The notes beneath the pieces were generated by a model. The model had not been told where the DNA came from. It was given only the letters and a program-made list of their open reading frames with translations, and ran no database searches. A stretch of 40,985 bases of DNA, from the NCBI GenBank assembly GCA_016839945.1, contig JAEOTE010000096.1:1-40985 (forward strand), written 5' to 3'. Position numbers and translations under genes: made by a program. Of this stretch, positions 28,233-36,519 are shown piece by piece. This DNA comes from Candidatus Heimdallarchaeota archaeon. Lineage in GTDB: Archaea; Asgardarchaeota; Heimdallarchaeia; Heimdallarchaeales; Heimdallarchaeaceae. Positions within the stretch are counted from its first letter, which is position 1, and each line of letters opens with the position of its first letter.

Positions 28233-28583
28233 ATGAGCGAAGAATTTGAAGAATTATCGTTTGATGAAGAAGAGGAAGAAGTAGTAGAAGAAACTGAAAT
28301 AGTTTCAAAGACTCCCTCAACAAAAACTCCCGCAGGAAAGAAAATAAGTGTATATTTCCAAAGTACAATTGGTCCAACTCCAAAACAAGAAAAACTTGTT
28401 GTTGCAACTGAAACACCTATCAGTGATCTCAAATATACTGTAAGTCAAATATTTGGACTTCCTCCAGAGGAATTTCATCTATCTCACGCAGGAAGAACAT
28501 GCGATCCTGATGACATTCTAGAAGATTATGGGGTTGAAGATGGAGATACAATGCTCCTAATACCAGTTTCAACTGCAGGATAA
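28233..28583 (+). CDS. ubiquitin-like protein with acidic N-terminal extension, ending ...STAG
   Basis: PISDLK..GLPPEEFHLSHAG..LEDYGVEDGDTMLLIPVSTAG aligns without gaps to ubiquitin residues 22-76. ATG at 28233. Confidence 0.9.
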   Translation: MSEEFEELSFDEEEEEVVEETEIVSKTPSTKTPAGKKISVYFQSTIGPTPKQEKLVVATETPISDLKYTVSQIFGLPPEEFHLSHAGRTCDPDDILEDYGVEDGDTMLLIPVSTAG

Positions 28584-28601
28584 ACTAATATTTTTTTAAT
28601 C

Positions 28602-28636
28602 AAAGAGACATAACAATAAGAAAGTCTCTTTTTTTA
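28602..28636 (+). terminator. hairpin plus T-tract after the Ubl gene
   Basis: AAAGAGAC (28602-28609) and GTCTCTTT (28624-28631) form an inverted repeat that runs into poly-T. Confidence 0.45.
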
Positions 28637-28738
28637 TATTATTTTTTTCATTTTTCAGAGAAACAAAATAAAAACTTATATGACTAGGAATTGCTTGTTT
28701 CAATATCAACTAATTAGTAAATATTGAAAGTGTAAACG

Positions 28739-29998
28739 ATGGAAAACAAATCTAGTGATAAATCAAATTTTTTTAGTGAAGTATTATCAGCTGACGAAAG
28801 GATAAGATTTGATAGACAATTACGATTACCAGGTTGGAATCAGAAAGCACTAAAGGATTCAACTGTACTAATTGTTGGTGTAGGTGGTTTAGGTACTGAG
28901 ATTGCTAAAAATCTAGCAATGGCTGGAGTTGGAGTGCTTCATCTTATTGATTTGGATATAATTGAGCATTCCAACCTCAATCGACAGATATTGTTCTATG
29001 ATGCTGAGGAAGGGGAGCCAAAATCCAAAGTAGCTGCTCGTACATTAAAGAAAATCAATCCTCATAGCAGATACTTTTGGCATTACTCTAATTTGGAGGA
29101 TGTGAATCCTGAAATCTATGCAAAAGCTGATTTATACATCTCTGGACTTGATTCAGTTACTGCAAGAAACGAATTAATGAGACGTGCTGTTCAATTTAAG
29201 AAGCCTATGATTGATGGAGGAACAGCTACGTATTATGGTCATGTTTATACTTATTTACCTAATGTAAATTCCTGTCTTCAATGTGATCCTCAGAGAGAAC
29301 GAGAGAGAGAAACTCTAGCAGCTTGCACTCTTGTAGGTATTCCAAGAAAAAGATCGCATTGTCTTCTAAAAGGTCAATTGTTCTTTGAATCAAAACATAA
29401 TAGACCTCCAGACACAACAGAAATGGATGAAGTTAAAATCGCGTTAGATTATGCAAATGATTTAATTAAAGAACATTTTCCAGAAACTGGATTATTTACA
29501 ATAGATGAAGCTGTAAAGATGATTGATCAACATGATCCAACTGTTATTTCAATAAATGCAGTTATTGCATCATTACAAACCCAAGAAGCTCTGAAATTGC
29601 TTCATCATCTCAAAGGAATAGAACTAGGTGTAGTAAACCCAGAATACCTTATCTACAATGGATTGGTTGGAAAATTCTTCTATTTAGAAAAACCACCAAA
29701 CAAGAAATGTTTACTATGTGGTGATAACGCACCAATAATAGAAGAAATAGAATTACCTAGAAGTTCTACTCTAGATATGTTGTATCCAATACTAAAACAA
29801 AGGGGATATCATTTTGATCCTGAGTTTTTACCAAGTTTCTGGCTTGTGGATAAAAAAGAGATGAGTGAAGCCAAAAGAAACAACACGCTTGTTGAAGCTG
29901 GTATTAGGGATTTTGAAACAATTTATGTAACAGGTCTTACAAAGAACAATGAGGAAAAAGATGTTTATGTAAGAATCCTCTTGAAGAATACAAAATAA
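28739..29998 (+). CDS. ubiquitin-activating enzyme E1 (ThiF family, UBA3/UBA2-like)
   Basis: RFDRQ, VGVGGLG, SNLNRQ, CLQC and CLLC zinc motifs, catalytic AACTLVGIPRKRSHC, C-terminal ubiquitin-fold-like TLVEAGIRDFETIYV. Confidence 0.93.
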   Translation: MENKSSDKSNFFSEVLSADERIRFDRQLRLPGWNQKALKDSTVLIVGVGGLGTEIAKNLAMAGVGVLHLIDLDIIEHSNLNRQILFYDAEEGEPKSKVAARTLKKINPHSRYFWHYSNLEDVNPEIYAKADLYISGLDSVTARNELMRRAVQFKKPMIDGGTATYYGHVYTYLPNVNSCLQCDPQRERERETLAACTLVGIPRKRSHCLLKGQLFFESKHNRPPDTTEMDEVKIALDYANDLIKEHFPETGLFTIDEAVKMIDQHDPTVISINAVIASLQTQEALKLLHHLKGIELGVVNPEYLIYNGLVGKFFYLEKPPNKKCLLCGDNAPIIEEIELPRSSTLDMLYPILKQRGYHFDPEFLPSFWLVDKKEMSEAKRNNTLVEAGIRDFETIYVTGLTKNNEEKDVYVRILLKNTK

Positions 29999-30079
29999 CT
30001 TGTGATTCTAATTAGTATAGAACATCAGATATCTCTATGTCAATAGACATATAAATTGTGTTTCTTAAGGAATCCCACT

Positions 30080-30472
30080 ATGAGTGAAAGAGACATTAAT
30101 TATTTTAAATTACTTGCTAAATACTATGGAATTAAAGAGAAGTTTTTTGATATCAAAGAAGACATTGATGAACTTGAAGGAAAGAAAGCTTATTACCAAA
30201 AACAACAAGCAAATGTAAATAGAGAATTACAAGGGATGCTTCTAAAAATAAACAAGCTAAGAAGTGATGGAAAAGCAGATAAGGCACTCAAGCAGGAAAT
30301 GAATCTTAAGAAAAAAGAAGTTAACGTAGCTAATTATAAGAAAAGTATTCAAGATATACAGAATAAAATTGAGAAAATAAAATTAGAATTTCAAAAAACC
30401 AGGACTGAGCTTGAAAAAACTGAATCACAACTAAAAATGGAATTTCCAGATAAATTCAATCAACATTTGTAA
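30080..30472 (+). CDS. coiled-coil helical-hairpin protein (possible PspA/ESCRT-III-like)
   Basis: Two long heptad-rich helices joined by LRSDGKADKA. ATG at 30080. Confidence 0.6.
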   Translation: MSERDINYFKLLAKYYGIKEKFFDIKEDIDELEGKKAYYQKQQANVNRELQGMLLKINKLRSDGKADKALKQEMNLKKKEVNVANYKKSIQDIQNKIEKIKLEFQKTRTELEKTESQLKMEFPDKFNQHL

Positions 30473-30559
30473 AACTATTCCAAAGTAGAAATATTACCTT
30501 CTATAAAGTTGAAAGAAACACAAAATAATTCTTATAAATATCTCAATAATGATTAAGAT

Positions 30560-31129
30560 ATGATCCCCTTCTTCCCTAAAGATAAAGAAGTTCCAGAAGA
30601 ATTGATTTTTGATAATATAAAAATTAGACAACTTAGAGCAACTGATAATGAGCTTGACTATCAAGCAGTAATTGAGAGTGGTTTTAGACCTGAAGGTTTT
30701 CCAAAAGAAGAGAATCTTAAACAGATTTCAAGACATGAACAAGATCATAATGATAGTAAGGAATTTGCTTTTACTATAATGAATACTGATGAGACTATTT
30801 GTTATGGTTGTATTTTTATTAAACCTATTAATCCCTTTCTGAAATTTGCTTTCTTTAATGATAGAGTTGTTGAAAGTTTGAACATTGAAGAAAATGATCC
30901 TGGGATCTCTTTCTGGATAACTCCTAAAGGATGGAAACTCAATCTGTTTGAGAAAATTCTTAAGGAATTAAAAAACTGGTTTGAGATTGAATGGCCTTAT
31001 GATCGATTGTTTTTCCTTGGAATGAGACCAAATCAAGAAGAGATAAATGAGATTGAAAAAATAAGTCTGAAAAGAAATTTCTTATTACAAATAGAAAATG
31101 AGAATTATATCCTTTGGCAGATCTATTAG
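30560..31129 (+). CDS. GNAT-like N-acetyltransferase family protein
   Basis: IRQLRATDNELDYQAV, FAFTIMN..E..CYGCIFIKP, SFW, WF..EWPY. Confidence 0.65.
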   Translation: MIPFFPKDKEVPEELIFDNIKIRQLRATDNELDYQAVIESGFRPEGFPKEENLKQISRHEQDHNDSKEFAFTIMNTDETICYGCIFIKPINPFLKFAFFNDRVVESLNIEENDPGISFWITPKGWKLNLFEKILKELKNWFEIEWPYDRLFFLGMRPNQEEINEIEKISLKRNFLLQIENENYILWQIY

Positions 31130-31148
31130 GTTTCTTAAAATGATTTCT

Positions 31149-31532
31149 TCACATTCCTGTTAACAAAACATAGTAAATATTGTAGATTATTCTTTGCAGT
31201 TTCCCATCCTTCTGAGTTTTTTCATAGACTTCTTTAAGGTTGACTTTTTTACCTGATTTATCTTTTAGGTAAAATTCTTCTCCTTCTCTTGAAAACTGTA
31301 GATTAAATTCTTCATTAAAGAATTGTTGAAGATAGCTCTCTTTTCCTTCCTCTAATACATCTTCAAATTCCATAAAAGAAATACCAAAGCCTACTTCTGG
31401 AGGGTGAACTCCTTGTTGAATAAGATTAAGCACAATATCCTTTTTCTTACAAATTGGACACCTAACGATATCAAATAAGGTACTATATTCTTCATCGAAT
31501 TCTATATTGCATTTCTTACAGAAGAACTTCAT
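31149..31532 (-). CDS. zinc-ribbon-containing hypothetical protein
   Basis: N-terminal CKKC...CPIC. Probable ATG at 31532. Confidence 0.7.
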   Translation of the reverse strand: MKFFCKKCNIEFDEEYSTLFDIVRCPICKKKDIVLNLIQQGVHPPEVGFGISFMEFEDVLEEGKESYLQQFFNEEFNLQFSREGEEFYLKDKSGKKVNLKEVYEKTQKDGKLQRIIYNIYYVLLTGM

Positions 31533-31659
31533 CCAATAATAATACAAATACTAATTTAAAAAATTATACAAATTATATAAGATTCATCTGTTTTTAGTAA
31601 ATCTTCAACAAAACTGCATCTAGAAAACTTAATATCATTGTTTTCTTTAAATAATTAAG

Positions 31660-32313
31660 GTGATTGAGATTTTTTCAAAGAAGAAAAAAGGAAAAAGCCT
31701 GAGAGAATTGTTTATAGAACTTAGTAGTTTAACAAAAGAAGCATTCAGTATGATGAAAAATGCTGTTTTGGCATATGTGGAAGGTAATTTCAAACTAGCT
31801 GAAGAAGGTGCAGAAAAAACTATTGCAATTGAAAAAAAGCAAGATCGAATTAAAGAAGAGATATTTGCAAGAATATTTTCTCGAGAAACTATGGTTTTTT
31901 CCCGTTCCGACCGAATATTTGTAGTTGAAAATATTGATAAAATTACTGATCAGATAGAATTAGTTGCTCAAAAACTTCTCTTGTATGAAACCGAAATTAT
32001 AGAACCATTACAAGAGGGTATCAAGGAGCTTGCAATTTTAAATGAACAAATAGGTGAAAAAGTTCATGAAATGGTATTAAATGTTCTTGATGATTTTGAG
32101 GAAGCGAAAAAAAATATTACGCAAATTACTGATCTTAGACGAACTGTTAGAGAAAAAAGATGGGAATTACAAAAAATGAATTATCATTTTCATGATGATT
32201 TTATGTCTTTTAGATATGTTGAAACATTAATCAAATATCTAATGGAAGCAGCGGATAGAGCAGAGATTTTTGCAGATCGAGTTTTTGTTTTAATCAATAA
32301 ATATGCTCTCTAA
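31660..32313 (+). CDS. DUF47 / PhoU-like phosphate transport regulator
   Basis: EKKQDRIK, RSDR, IDKITD, ADRAE..AD; directly upstream of PiT. Confidence 0.9.
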   Translation: MIEIFSKKKKGKSLRELFIELSSLTKEAFSMMKNAVLAYVEGNFKLAEEGAEKTIAIEKKQDRIKEEIFARIFSRETMVFSRSDRIFVVENIDKITDQIELVAQKLLLYETEIIEPLQEGIKELAILNEQIGEKVHEMVLNVLDDFEEAKKNITQITDLRRTVREKRWELQKMNYHFHDDFMSFRYVETLIKYLMEAADRAEIFADRVFVLINKYAL

Positions 32314-32340
32314 CTTTAAACTGATGGAGTAAAATAACCA

Positions 32341-33357
32341 ATGGATCCCTTAGTCATTGTTCTCTTAGTTTTGATGGTTGTTCTAGCTTTTGGCATAGGC
32401 GCAAATGATGAGACTATGGCAACATTGGTGGGTAGTAGAGTAGTAAAAACAAAATATGCAATAGGACTAGGAGCTATATTATCATTTGTAGGAGTAATGT
32501 TTCTTTCAGAAAGTGTAGGGAAAACGATAGGAGAGAATCTTCTTGGAGAATCTGTGGAATATAATGTCTTCATGCTTTTTGCAGTTATAATTAGTACAAC
32601 TATTTGGTTAGTTGTTGCATCAAGAACAGGAGCCCCAATATCAACAACACACTCAGTAGTAGGAGCTGTATTTGGAGTAGCAATAGTGTGGAGTTTCCAA
32701 GCAGAAGGTTCATTTATCAGTTCAATGAGTTGGGGTAAACTTGGTGAAGTGGCTCTAGGATGGGTATTGTCACCTGTTCTAGGTATGTTAGGTGCTGCAC
32801 TGTTTAAAATTATAATAGAAAAAATATTGTCAAAGTTCCAAAAAGGATTGGAACGAACAGAGAAAATAGAAAGAATTTTTGGTATTCTTTTAATTGGTAT
32901 TATTGGGTGGACACAAATTAGTAGAGGTGGAAATGATTCAGCTAATGCTTTAGGTATTATGTATGGATTAATCGAATCAGGACAATTTTCATCTGATTAT
33001 TCGATTTATCTTATATTAGCAACTGGAGCTGTTCTATCAGCTGGGTTAGTAATAATTGGAAAAAATGTGATAAAGAATGTTGGGAACAATCTTATAGCAA
33101 TTAAACCTTCAGATGCTGTTAGCATTGAGCTTTCAACAAGTATAGTACTCTTTCTTGCAACTATCTTTGGTTTTCCCATATCAGGAAGTCACGTTTTAAT
33201 TTTTTCTGTAGTAGGAGCAGGATTGGTGAAAGGTGAACGTCCTGAAAAAAAACCCTTCGTAAGGATAATTTTAAGTTGGATTATAACATTCCCAATTGCA
33301 GCTGTTTTATCTGGCATAATTTATGGAATCTTCTTAGGAGTTATCCCTTCTCTCTAA
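32341..33357 (+). CDS. pitA: inorganic phosphate transporter (PiT family)
   Basis: GIGANDE, PISTTHSVVGA, GGNDSANA, GFPISGSH. Confidence 0.92.
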   Translation: MDPLVIVLLVLMVVLAFGIGANDETMATLVGSRVVKTKYAIGLGAILSFVGVMFLSESVGKTIGENLLGESVEYNVFMLFAVIISTTIWLVVASRTGAPISTTHSVVGAVFGVAIVWSFQAEGSFISSMSWGKLGEVALGWVLSPVLGMLGAALFKIIIEKILSKFQKGLERTEKIERIFGILLIGIIGWTQISRGGNDSANALGIMYGLIESGQFSSDYSIYLILATGAVLSAGLVIIGKNVIKNVGNNLIAIKPSDAVSIELSTSIVLFLATIFGFPISGSHVLIFSVVGAGLVKGERPEKKPFVRIILSWIITFPIAAVLSGIIYGIFLGVIPSL

Positions 33358-33474
33358 ATATTTCTTAATTGTTGAGAATATTAATAAGTGTTCAATTTTT
33401 TATTCAACTATATCAGATTAAACTGAATATCTCACTAAAAAATTTTTAGAAAATTTAAAAGAAGGTTAAAATCA

Positions 33475-33798
33475 ATGTCTAGAGGTTATCCAGTAAAAAT
33501 AACAATTGTTAGAAAATTCAGCTCAGAGGAAGTATTTGGTTATGAGCATTACTACCCAGATGGGAGAAAATCAACTATATGCCCCCATTTCAAAGAAGGA
33601 GAGGAAATAATCATTGATCATGTTTACACAGATTTACCAACTGATTGGCCTTGTTCTTGGGCTTGGATGGACCTATGGAAAGATCTATCAGTTCTTTCTC
33701 TAGGTGGAGATTTTACTCATACTGAACCCAGAATAACTTACACTACTTGTAGGGATGGAACAAAACCAGTTGTCTTTAAATTAGAAAGAATAGAATAA
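33475..33798 (+). CDS. TIGR04076 family protein
   Basis: CPHFKEGE, CSWAWMDL, CRDGTKPVVFKLERIE. Confidence 0.85.
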   Translation: MSRGYPVKITIVRKFSSEEVFGYEHYYPDGRKSTICPHFKEGEEIIIDHVYTDLPTDWPCSWAWMDLWKDLSVLSLGGDFTHTEPRITYTTCRDGTKPVVFKLERIE

Positions 33799-33811
33799 AG
33801 GAGAATAAAAA

Positions 33812-34705
33812 ATGAAAATTGAAAATTATAAATGCTTTAGTTTAACTAAAAAAGAGAAATTTAAACCGGAAGAATTCATAAAAGGAAGACTAGAGAGAAC
33901 AGATTATGTTCTTAAAAGCTTCAAAGCAATTAAACCTGAAGAATTAAACGTTTATGTTTCAAACTTAAAAGAAAAATTTAGTGAAGTTGTTGGGAATTAT
34001 GAATTCAATATTAATGTTTTTAATTGGGATTCGATTAGAAAAGATTTAGTTGTTTTGCCTAACTTTCCAGATTTTGAGAAATTAGTTTTTCTTTTTGTTT
34101 GTAAAACTATTAATTTACCTGAAAATTATGTAAATGAACAAGGAGAAATCGAAACAATTTATTTTGATCTAAGAAAAACTTCAGAAAGAATCTCTTACTA
34201 CCTAGTAAGGACTTTGGTAGATATTTACGGGAAAGAGGAAGGTACTGAACTCTATAAACAAATTGCACCCAATATCATAAAAGAATATATCTCAAAAGCT
34301 GAAAGAGAAAAACCTAAAGACGTATCAGAAGAACCCATAGATCCCAAAACCGTTAAGATTCATGATTTCAAGAAAAATTCAACAGAAGCATGGTGTAAAG
34401 TAGGACTTGCTGATTTTACATCTTGTATAATTGATGATTATAAAGTGGTTTATCGTTTTGACAGTTGCTTAACTCCAGAAGCTTTGAAAGAGTTTAATGA
34501 TCCAGATATAGCATATTTAGCTTCATGCTACTTAGCAGATATTCCAGAATTTAATGAAGGAAGAACAATCCACCTTAGAAGAACTCAAACTCTACATCAT
34601 GCTAAATTCTGTGATGAGTTCTATTGGAATAATGATGTCCATCCAGATGCAGAACAACCAGATATAGAATTTATAGAAAATATGGGGAAGGATTTGGAAG
34701 AATAA
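33812..34705 (+). CDS. ATC-hydrolase-like (L-2-amino-thiazoline-4-carboxylic acid hydrolase family) protein, paralog 1
   Basis: RFDSC, CYLAD, LRRTQTL...CDEFYW. Confidence 0.7.
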   Translation: MKIENYKCFSLTKKEKFKPEEFIKGRLERTDYVLKSFKAIKPEELNVYVSNLKEKFSEVVGNYEFNINVFNWDSIRKDLVVLPNFPDFEKLVFLFVCKTINLPENYVNEQGEIETIYFDLRKTSERISYYLVRTLVDIYGKEEGTELYKQIAPNIIKEYISKAEREKPKDVSEEPIDPKTVKIHDFKKNSTEAWCKVGLADFTSCIIDDYKVVYRFDSCLTPEALKEFNDPDIAYLASCYLADIPEFNEGRTIHLRRTQTLHHAKFCDEFYWNNDVHPDAEQPDIEFIENMGKDLEE

Positions 34706-34723
34706 GAAGTAGGGTAAAGTAAA

Positions 34724-35596
34724 ATGAAAATAGAGAATTATCGATGTTTCAATACAACAAAAAAGGGAATGACTAATCCTGTAAATCAGATAAAAGAAAG
34801 AATGAGAAGAGTTGATTCAGTTATAAAATTTTTCAAGATTATTAGACCAGAAAATCTAAGATTATACGTTTCTGAACTGAAGAATAAATTGGATGAAGTT
34901 ATTGGAGATTATAATTTCGATTCAGGAGCTTTCAATTGGAATCAAATTCGCGAAGAACTAGAGTTATTACCTAGTTTTCCTGAACTTGAGAAATCAGTTT
35001 TTTATTACACATGTAAAACAATAAATTTACCTCATAGCTATAAATCTGAACAAGGAGAAATTGAATTAACGTATTTTGATAGAATTAAAGCAGGCGAAAG
35101 AATTGCATATTATCTTGTCAGGATTCTAGCTGATATTTACGGAAAAGAAGAAGGAACAAAAATCTACAAACAAATCGTTCCTTATTTGGTAAAGGAAAGA
35201 AAATCCCAGGACACAGAAGAAAAACCATCAGATCCTAAAACAGTAACAATTTTAGATTCTAATAAGAGATCAATAGAATCTTGGTGCAAGATTGGTCTTG
35301 CTGATTTTTCATTTTGTATCTTTGATGATCATAAGATTGTTTATCGCTTCGATAGCTGCTTAACTCCAGAAGCATTAAAGGACTTCAATGATCCTGATAT
35401 AGCTTATTTAGCTTCATGTTATATTGGTGATGTTCCAGAATTTAATGAAGGAAGAACAATTCATCTTCGAAGAACTCAAACTTTACATCATAATAAATTC
35501 TGTGACGAACTTTACTGGAATAATTTTGTTCATCCTAACACTGAACACCCCTCAATAGAGTTTATAGAAAACATGGGAAAGGATTTGGAGGAATAA
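34724..35596 (+). CDS. ATC-hydrolase-like protein, paralog 2
   Basis: C-terminal domain nearly identical to paralog 1 (RFDSCLTPEALK, CYIGD, LRRTQTL, CDELYW). Confidence 0.7.
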   Translation: MKIENYRCFNTTKKGMTNPVNQIKERMRRVDSVIKFFKIIRPENLRLYVSELKNKLDEVIGDYNFDSGAFNWNQIREELELLPSFPELEKSVFYYTCKTINLPHSYKSEQGEIELTYFDRIKAGERIAYYLVRILADIYGKEEGTKIYKQIVPYLVKERKSQDTEEKPSDPKTVTILDSNKRSIESWCKIGLADFSFCIFDDHKIVYRFDSCLTPEALKDFNDPDIAYLASCYIGDVPEFNEGRTIHLRRTQTLHHNKFCDELYWNNFVHPNTEHPSIEFIENMGKDLEE

Positions 35597-35599
35597 GAA

Positions 35600-36469
35600 T
35601 TGGAAGTTTTTAAATCAGGAAAATATCATATCAGCGATCTTGATAATCTACAAGAATTGCAACCCTTAGAATTTGCTAAGAAAACTGTCTTAAAAAGACT
35701 GAATTACTTAATAGGTTTCATTAAAAAAGAGAAACCTGAAATTCTACAAAACTATGTTACTAAATTAAACAATAAATTCGTCAAGCTATTAAATCAATCT
35801 TATGTAAATAAAGGAGATATAAAACCGACTGAAATTTATAATAATTTTATTCATCTGAAAGTTTATCCGGATTTAATAAATAGTTGCATAAATTATTATC
35901 TACAACTACTTGATCTTGATTCTTTAGAGAATTGGATGAAAAGCAAATTCCAAATCCCAAATAAGAATTATATTCAATCCTTTCTTCACCATAGGTACTA
36001 CAATGCACTAGTTTTAACTGAAATTATTGAGAGGAATCAAGCCGTTCAATTATTCAAAGATTACATTAATGCATATGTTAAAACCATATCAGCAGAGAGA
36101 AGTAAATATGAGACGCTAGAAGAATTTAGATCCGCTAGAATCCCTCAAGAAGGAGATCCACCAAATATAGGTTGGGAAGCTGTTCATGGGATTATTGAAA
36201 ATGGTAAATATCCACAACGAAAAGATACTTGTATGTGGGATGATGCTATCAAAGAGCTACCAGATATAGAACTTAAATATCTAGCTGCTTGCTATGGTGA
36301 TTTTCAGAGTTATAATAATATCAATGAGAATTTCTTACTAACAATGAGTCATACAATAGTCGAAGGTTATCCCTATTGTGATTGTATCACACATGATATA
36401 AGAATAAACAAAGATTTAACACATCCACCAAAAGAATTCTTTGATAGTATGTGGCCTTTGAATGAGTAA
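35600..36469 (+). CDS. ATC-hydrolase-like protein, divergent paralog 3
   Basis: RKDTCMW, CYGDF, LTMSHTIVEGYPYCD, HPPKEFFDSM. TTG start. Confidence 0.7.
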   Translation: MEVFKSGKYHISDLDNLQELQPLEFAKKTVLKRLNYLIGFIKKEKPEILQNYVTKLNNKFVKLLNQSYVNKGDIKPTEIYNNFIHLKVYPDLINSCINYYLQLLDLDSLENWMKSKFQIPNKNYIQSFLHHRYYNALVLTEIIERNQAVQLFKDYINAYVKTISAERSKYETLEEFRSARIPQEGDPPNIGWEAVHGIIENGKYPQRKDTCMWDDAIKELPDIELKYLAACYGDFQSYNNINENFLLTMSHTIVEGYPYCDCITHDIRINKDLTHPPKEFFDSMWPLNE

Positions 36470-36519
36470 TATGAAAAAAGCAGGAATTAAGAAAATAAAC
36501 AATAATCGAAAACAGTTTC

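Noticed and set aside
24247-29998. Interpretation as a bacterial antiphage Bil/CBASS-type E1-E2-JAB system or a ThiS/MoaD sulfur-carrier pathway
   Set aside because: No cyclase or other defence-effector genes and no thi/moa genes nearby. The RING domain, eukaryote-like E2 motifs and UBA3-like catalytic domain point to the eukaryote-type cascade. A defence role is not strictly excluded.
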